Assembly: GCA_003345595.1 (NCBI GenBank)
Contig: PRDI01000129.1
Span: 6,675-70,674, forward strand
Reading direction: 5' to 3'
Source of the DNA: Candidatus Thorarchaeota archaeon
Lineage (GTDB): Archaea > Asgardarchaeota > Thorarchaeia > Thorarchaeales > Thorarchaeaceae
Length of the DNA: 64,000 bases
Position numbers and translations under genes: made by a program
Notes under the pieces: model-generated
What the model was told of the DNA's origin: nothing
Databases searched by the model: none
What the model saw: only the letters and a program-made list of their open reading frames with translations
Shown here: positions 58,669-64,000 of the stretch, one piece after another
Layout: the number at the start of each line of letters is the position of its first letter
Numbering within the stretch: the first letter of the stretch is position 1

Positions 58669-61600
58669 TCACCACCTGTTAGTAACATGAGAGTACGATG
58701 TTCTGATTCTCAAATGAAATCTAGACCACCTCGAGGTACTTCCATTGTGTGGTCTGTATCGTCGTATGACTATGATACCTATGATCGCTTCAGCCACGAT
58801 TGCGCCTGCCCATACCATGATCAGAATCAAGCTCAGAGAAGGGCCAGTCGCCATCTGTATAGCAACCGTGAATCTGCTCGACTCAATACTGGAAGTTTCA
58901 AATGAAACAAGCGTGAAATAGTACTCGTAGAACCCCTCGGGAGCTGACTCCAGAGCAATGTACGTGATACGGCCATTGTCATCAGTGATGCGAGTCTCGG
59001 TGGAGGTGCCGTTCAAATGGATGATGACGTCCCTGCCCACAATCGGATAGTGAGTCGCCGAATCATCAGTCAGCACACAGATGATAGTCAGTGAGTCCCC
59101 GGGGTTTATGCGCGTTGGAGTCCCAGGATTGAAGACCACGTTCGTGAACACGTGGATGGAATCGGTCACATTTCGAGTAGAACCGTCAACATAGCCGTAA
59201 CCCGCGTATGAAACGGAGAGCGTGAATAGACCACTGCCTAGACTCCAGTCGAGTGGAATCTCTCGTTCGAACGTGTTTCCATCTGGCGAATTGACCAGTA
59301 GCGTATCGATATTGATGCTTCCGAGGCTGAGGACCACTGACCCGACGATCACGCCTCCTTCTGTGTCTTCAAGGCGAATGAACACTGTGAAGGTTTCTCC
59401 GGGCATGATGTCACCCTGCGGAGTCACTTGAACCAGAACTCGCGTGCCCAAGTGAACTTCAATCGTCCATGAGCTGGGCGTCCCTTCTACAACATAGTTG
59501 CCATAATCAATGCCAAGTGTTAGTATGTGTTGACCCAACGACCAACTTGAGGGGACTTCGAGACTGACAGAGAACCTACCATTCAACCCTGTGGATACGG
59601 TATCCCAGGTCCCCGTCGGGTCGACAATTATCGCCAAAGGCACGCCTGGTGCGTTCCCGCCACCGTGGGTGACGTAGCCGCTTACTGTCAGGTAGCTGCC
59701 TCTTGTCACAATGACCACTGCCTGAGGGTCCAAGTGCAGTGTCACTCGGTCGAATACAGCCACCTGCTGCTGGGCTGATACCGGATTCTCGAAACGGTCG
59801 GGACGTGTAAGAAACGCGACATAGTAGGGTACAGTGCCCAGGCGTTGCGTCCAAGGGACTGTGTAGACAAACTGGAAGCTGCCTGTCGGATTTGTGATGG
59901 TCAGGTTGTACAGAATACGCCCATCCCAGATAATTGTCACATCATAGCCAACCATACCGGTGCCATTTCCGAAAGTCAGGTTGCCAGAAATAGTGATGTC
60001 ATCGCCCAAGTAGACTATTGAAACGTCACCAATCGCGGAAAGTGAAACCGGTATGAGCCTGACGTCCACTGTTCTTGTCATGGATTGGCCCGGTGATATG
60101 GACAGGTCAGATGGCGTACAGTTGGCCCAGAACTCGAGGACACCCACGGGAGCAGTCAATTCCACTCCCAGCCCAAACCAACCTGTGTCATCCGTAAGAA
60201 TGGGATAGGGATATACTAGGAAAGTCGCCATGTTGAGGCTGTGCCGGGCCCAGAGAAACACGGGAGCTCCTGCATACGGAGAGCCGTTGTCCAGCGTCAA
60301 TGTGCCAGTGACTGTTATGATACCTTCGATATAGAGCACACTGGGTGTGACATCAAATGACGACCAGACAAGCGACAGCCCACTGACGTTGATGGTTATG
60401 GGGGCAGTGGCAGAGTCTGCGATCCAGGTGACTCCAGATGCATAAAATGCCACGATGTCATGGTCACCAATCGTTGTTGATTGAAGAACAGTCCAGTTGT
60501 AGAGAAAAGAACCATCGGAGGTGGTCTGTGCAGAACCTACAGGAGAGCCATCTATCAGAATTTCAATCCATGCTCCGATCAGAGGCACGTCGGGACCCGT
60601 GAGCTCGTAGTACAAGACTCCTGTGAGCGTGATAATCTGACCGATACTGCAGTTGATCACTCCACCACTGTTGAATCCAATGATTACTGTGATCCATTGC
60701 TGCAGTGTGAGCATCTGATGCACAGACTCTGTACTGGCAATGAGAAGAGAGCCAGAGTAGGTGCCGTACACCTCGATCCCAGTCCAGATGCTGTCACCAG
60801 ACATGCCAGAGTAGGCATATTCGGCGCCACCTGTGGAGTTGGTGGTCACAGTTGCTATCGAGATGTCGGACCCATTGAACCACCAGATTGACACCTGAGC
60901 GTTGTTCACAGGTGTGGAGTTGTGCCCAAATGAGAGCACTACGTAAATCACGACCGTTTCGTTCAGATAAGCTGGGTTTGGGCTCACAGTGACAACAAGA
61001 TCAACTGGATATCTCTGTACAGAAATGGAAAACACAGTGCTTGCATCGCCGGTCAGTGGGTCGACTGTGGTGTAATTGCACTTGAACCAGTACGTGCCAG
61101 CATTGTCAGGCGGAACAGTCAACCAGTAGACGTAACTGAAACCCCCGGTTGAATTTGTGACAATACTTCCTATGAGACTCCAGGTCAGACCCACCTGACG
61201 ATAAATCATGACCGAGCCCCCGACAATGACAGGCGATCCGCCAGTATAAGCGAGAACACCCTGCATACGGATGCTCTGGTCAAGATACACTGAAGATGGG
61301 TAGTACATGGTGAACTTAGTGGTGTACAGGACCAAGTCAATCTCGATGCCGGGCGCAGAAGTTGCATTGCTCCACAGCGGCACACTATTGATGAACTCGG
61401 CCCAGATGGTGACGTTGGCTACTCTGTCTTTGTCTACCGAACAAACGTAGTAGAAATCGAAGTAACCAGATGCGTTCGTGAAATAGCCATTGAACACATC
61501 GATGGTCCCATTATTCCAGTCCCAATGTACAGAAACCTGTTGCCCTATCAGGGGAGTGCCATTGTCCTGATATGTCAGACGCCCCCATACCCAGACGGTT

Positions 61601-64000
61601 TCGTTGAGATGATAAGAGGTACTGTTCGTAGCTGTCGTAAGTACGAACTGGTAGAGTATGAGTGTGGCGGTCCTATTCGCGGACTCCGCGTCGCTCCAGA
61701 GAGGATTCGAACTGGTGTAGCTCGCCCATACATAGACTGCTCCCAGCGCATCCCTCATTGAGTAATTGTACCGGAAAGCGAACGAACCTCCGCTGTCTGT
61801 TGTCTTGGGATAGAAATAGGTACTCGTGCTGTTCCTATAGGCCACAGTGACATTGGCCCCGGTGAGTGGGATTGTGCCATCCTCGAAGTAGAGAATCCCC
61901 GAGAACACCATTACGTCGTTCAAGTGATACTCTGGTGCATCAGTTGCGGCTAAGAGTATGACTTGGTATATCTGGAGTGTCAATGATGGCGTGAGGCCTG
62001 CAGTCGCATTATCATAAAGCCGCGTAGGAGACGTGAAGGCGACTTGAACATCGACAATGCCTGTATCGTCAGAGAGCACCGAGCAGTCGTAGTAGAAGCT
62101 ATACCAACCAGTGATGTTCGTTGTCACAGGGAACGTGGGCACAGGAAGAGTGCCATTAGTCCAGTACAAATAGACCAAGCGACCAGACCAAGGACTCCCA
62201 TTCTCAAACTGTAGGCGGCCCCAGATGTGGACTGTTTCGTTCAGATAGTAGCTTGTGCCATTGGAGAAGATAGTGAGAGTCGTATTGTAGTTGATGACTT
62301 GGACGATCAGTTGGACGGACACGTTGCTGGCAAGTGCTGGATCGGTGGAAACAAATTCCGTCCATACTGGGACACTACCCAGCTCGTGCCCAAAGGGTAT
62401 GGTCATACTGTACTCGTAGAGAAAGGTCGTTGGACTGGTCATAACCACACTGAGGTTGTGCGGTCCTGTGCTGTTATCCCACCAGACCGTGACGGGAGCG
62501 TCCGTCAGATTCAAACCCAACTCAGGCAACGAAACGGTACCCGAAATGGTCAAGGACTCCAGCAGATGCACTGGATTTGGAACCACTTGAATTGATACTT
62601 CGACAATCCAACGTTGCACCATGATAGTCATGTTCACCGATCGAGAGCTGGCGTAACTCGGGGAGAGTGACTCGAACTCGGTCCAGTAGGTGACCATGCC
62701 CTCAAACCCCACAGGCACTGTATAGACAAACTCGTAATACCCGTCCGATTCTGTGATGCTGCTCCCTATCAGTACCGCCGAGATCCCATTGTACCACCAG
62801 ACATCTATCGTCTGGTCAGCAATCCCGGTAGTGTTTGCAGTGTCAATCAGATAGCCACTGATGACAATGTCTTGGAGCATGTGTACAACGTCGGGTGTCT
62901 TGGGCAAGGAGTCTATACTCAATGAGGTTTGTCCGGTCCGTATCGTGATTGGCACGGCTTGACTCCAGTTCCCGGACACCAATGCCATACCCGACGTCCA
63001 ATTGACTTGAGCATAAACGACACCGGGTGGAAAATCGTTGGGGATGGAGTAGGTGGAGCGAAAACCGCCAGTAGAGTTGGTTGCTGCGGTGTTCACAAGA
63101 GTACCGTTGAGAAAGACACCAATGGTTTCACCGACGATCAATGTGCCGTTGAGCAACTGGGCCACACCATCATAGGTGAGTGTCCAACCACGATATGCAA
63201 TAGTTGGATAGACGGTCAGTGTGAACCCTACTGTACCCCACACGGTCACAGTGGAATTGTCTGCCGATCGCGCCGGTAGCAGGACTGGAAACCCACTATC
63301 CCACTCCCCTGCATACTGGCACCATATCTTATGGTTCCCGGTGGTCATTCTCACGAGGTCGAGCGGGTCCACGGTGATATTGAGATTGTAGCGGCCGTCG
63401 GCCCCAATGGTGGCGTTCCCAATCCACCCTTCGTCCCACATTATCTGCATCTGATCATTGTTCAGTCTGGTCCCATTGACCGGACTCCCTCCAACCGTCA
63501 TCACTCCATGAACATGGAGCGTGTCCTGCCAGTGCGTAGTGTAGTTGTCAAGACCAAGTTTCATGTCCAAATCGATTGTTTCACTCGGAAGGAAATCCGA
63601 TAGGACCGCTTTCTCGGGTGAAGTTGAGGGAGTCGGCACAGCAACAGCGTAGACAGAAGTGTAGTTGGAAACAGCGAAGCCTGGCCCGATCCATGTTGCA
63701 GAGATAATGTGGAGCCCAGTCACTGATCCGTCAGGAAAGGCGTAAGTTATGTTGGCTAGGGGTAAGGAGGAACCCATCTCTATCGTGGAGTTGCCCATGT
63801 ACAGACTAGCTGTTTCGTCGCGAAAGTAGACGACCTCTGGAGTTGTGACAGGTATGCCTTCATACAGCAGAAGAGCGCTCAAATTGAAATCCACACCTAT
63901 CATAGCCCACTGAGGAGGTCCTACATAGAGCTGGACGCTGCCTTGGCTTGTGTTTTCGGGTATCTCTCCACCACCCATGTTTCCGGGTAGAGGCATGGGA
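58669..64000 (-). CDS. giant Ig-like-repeat cell-surface glycoprotein with C-terminal TM anchor (5' end outside window)
   Basis: More than 1775 aa open to the window edge; repeats of about 100-110 aa (P..VHL.E.V.I.G.L...G.P..G..V.+.W.N...T...G.F...Y); many NxS/T sequons. Confidence 0.9.
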   Translation of the reverse strand, partial: PMPLPGNMGGGEIPENTSQGSVQLYVGPPQWAMIGVDFNLSALLLYEGIPVTTPEVVYFRDETASLYMGNSTIEMGSSLPLANITYAFPDGSVTGLHIISATWIGPGFAVSNYTSVYAVAVPTPSTSPEKAVLSDFLPSETIDLDMKLGLDNYTTHWQDTLHVHGVMTVGGSPVNGTRLNNDQMQIMWDEGWIGNATIGADGRYNLNITVDPLDLVRMTTGNHKIWCQYAGEWDSGFPVLLPARSADNSTVTVWGTVGFTLTVYPTIAYRGWTLTYDGVAQLLNGTLIVGETIGVFLNGTLVNTAATNSTGGFRSTYSIPNDFPPGVVYAQVNWTSGMALVSGNWSQAVPITIRTGQTSLSIDSLPKTPDVVHMLQDIVISGYLIDTANTTGIADQTIDVWWYNGISAVLIGSSITESDGYYEFVYTVPVGFEGMVTYWTEFESLSPSYASSRSVNMTIMVQRWIVEVSIQVVPNPVHLLESLTISGTVSLPELGLNLTDAPVTVWWDNSTGPHNLSVVMTSPTTFLYEYSMTIPFGHELGSVPVWTEFVSTDPALASNVSVQLIVQVINYNTTLTIFSNGTSYYLNETVHIWGRLQFENGSPWSGRLVYLYWTNGTLPVPTFPVTTNITGWYSFYYDCSVLSDDTGIVDVQVAFTSPTRLYDNATAGLTPSLTLQIYQVILLAATDAPEYHLNDVMVFSGILYFEDGTIPLTGANVTVAYRNSTSTYFYPKTTDSGGSFAFRYNYSMRDALGAVYVWASYTSSNPLWSDAESANRTATLILYQFVLTTATNSTSYHLNETVWVWGRLTYQDNGTPLIGQQVSVHWDWNNGTIDVFNGYFTNASGYFDFYYVCSVDKDRVANVTIWAEFINSVPLWSNATSAPGIEIDLVLYTTKFTMYYPSSVYLDQSIRMQGVLAYTGGSPVIVGGSVMIYRQVGLTWSLIGSIVTNSTGGFSYVYWLTVPPDNAGTYWFKCNYTTVDPLTGDASTVFSISVQRYPVDLVVTVSPNPAYLNETVVIYVVLSFGHNSTPVNNAQVSIWWFNGSDISIATVTTNSTGGAEYAYSGMSGDSIWTGIEVYGTYSGSLLIASTESVHQMLTLQQWITVIIGFNSGGVINCSIGQIITLTGVLYYELTGPDVPLIGAWIEILIDGSPVGSAQTTSDGSFLYNWTVLQSTTIGDHDIVAFYASGVTWIADSATAPITINVSGLSLVWSSFDVTPSVLYIEGIITVTGTLTLDNGSPYAGAPVFLWARHSLNMATFLVYPYPILTDDTGWFGLGVELTAPVGVLEFWANCTPSDLSISPGQSMTRTVDVRLIPVSLSAIGDVSIVYLGDDITISGNLTFGNGTGMVGYDVTIIWDGRILYNLTITNPTGSFQFVYTVPWTQRLGTVPYYVAFLTRPDRFENPVSAQQQVAVFDRVTLHLDPQAVVIVTRGSYLTVSGYVTHGGGNAPGVPLAIIVDPTGTWDTVSTGLNGRFSVSLEVPSSWSLGQHILTLGIDYGNYVVEGTPSSWTIEVHLGTRVLVQVTPQGDIMPGETFTVFIRLEDTEGGVIVGSVVLSLGSINIDTLLVNSPDGNTFEREIPLDWSLGSGLFTLSVSYAGYGYVDGSTRNVTDSIHVFTNVVFNPGTPTRINPGDSLTIICVLTDDSATHYPIVGRDVIIHLNGTSTETRITDDNGRITYIALESAPEGFYEYYFTLVSFETSSIESSRFTVAIQMATGPSLSLILIMVWAGAIVAEAIIGIIVIRRYRPHNGSTSRWSRFHLRIRTSYSHVTNRW

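Noticed and set aside
61700-61725. ggattcgaac resembling a reverse-strand tRNA T-loop
   Set aside because: It lies inside the giant CDS and has no cloverleaf.

Overview
Gene-dense archaeal DNA, most likely an Asgard archaeon (Thorarchaeia-like). The evidence is two tandem Asgard-type profilins, archaeal uS19, TrmB and ArsR-type regulators, archaemetzincin, TATA-box promoters and N-glycosylation-sequon-rich surface proteins. Contents in order: a beta-oxidation cluster (acyl-CoA synthetase, 3-hydroxyacyl-CoA dehydrogenase/enoyl-CoA hydratase, thiolase); assorted enzymes, membrane proteins, MscL and Nth; a heterodimeric ABC exporter; a mosaic region (about 17.9-23.5 kb) with a coiled-coil/ArsR regulator, a 48-aa copy of its coiled coil, a decayed etfA 3' copy and an SBBP beta-propeller surface protein; etfBA; a DPM2-like membrane protein next to a phosphohexomutase; a stand-alone rps19; a Cys-rich NosL-like/DUF4418-like/FtsX-LolD ABC cluster; two MFS transporters; an orphan Type III-like DNA methyltransferase; an ABC-2 exporter; an unannotated 35-aa ORF divergent from an HTH regulator; two profilins; an OPT transporter; and a MoxR/DUF58/DUF4350/DUF4129 operon headed by a giant Ig-repeat surface protein that runs off the window. 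I saw no rRNA, tRNA, CRISPR array, integrase or transposase. All family calls come from motif recognition by eye and from recalled sequences; no database search was run.
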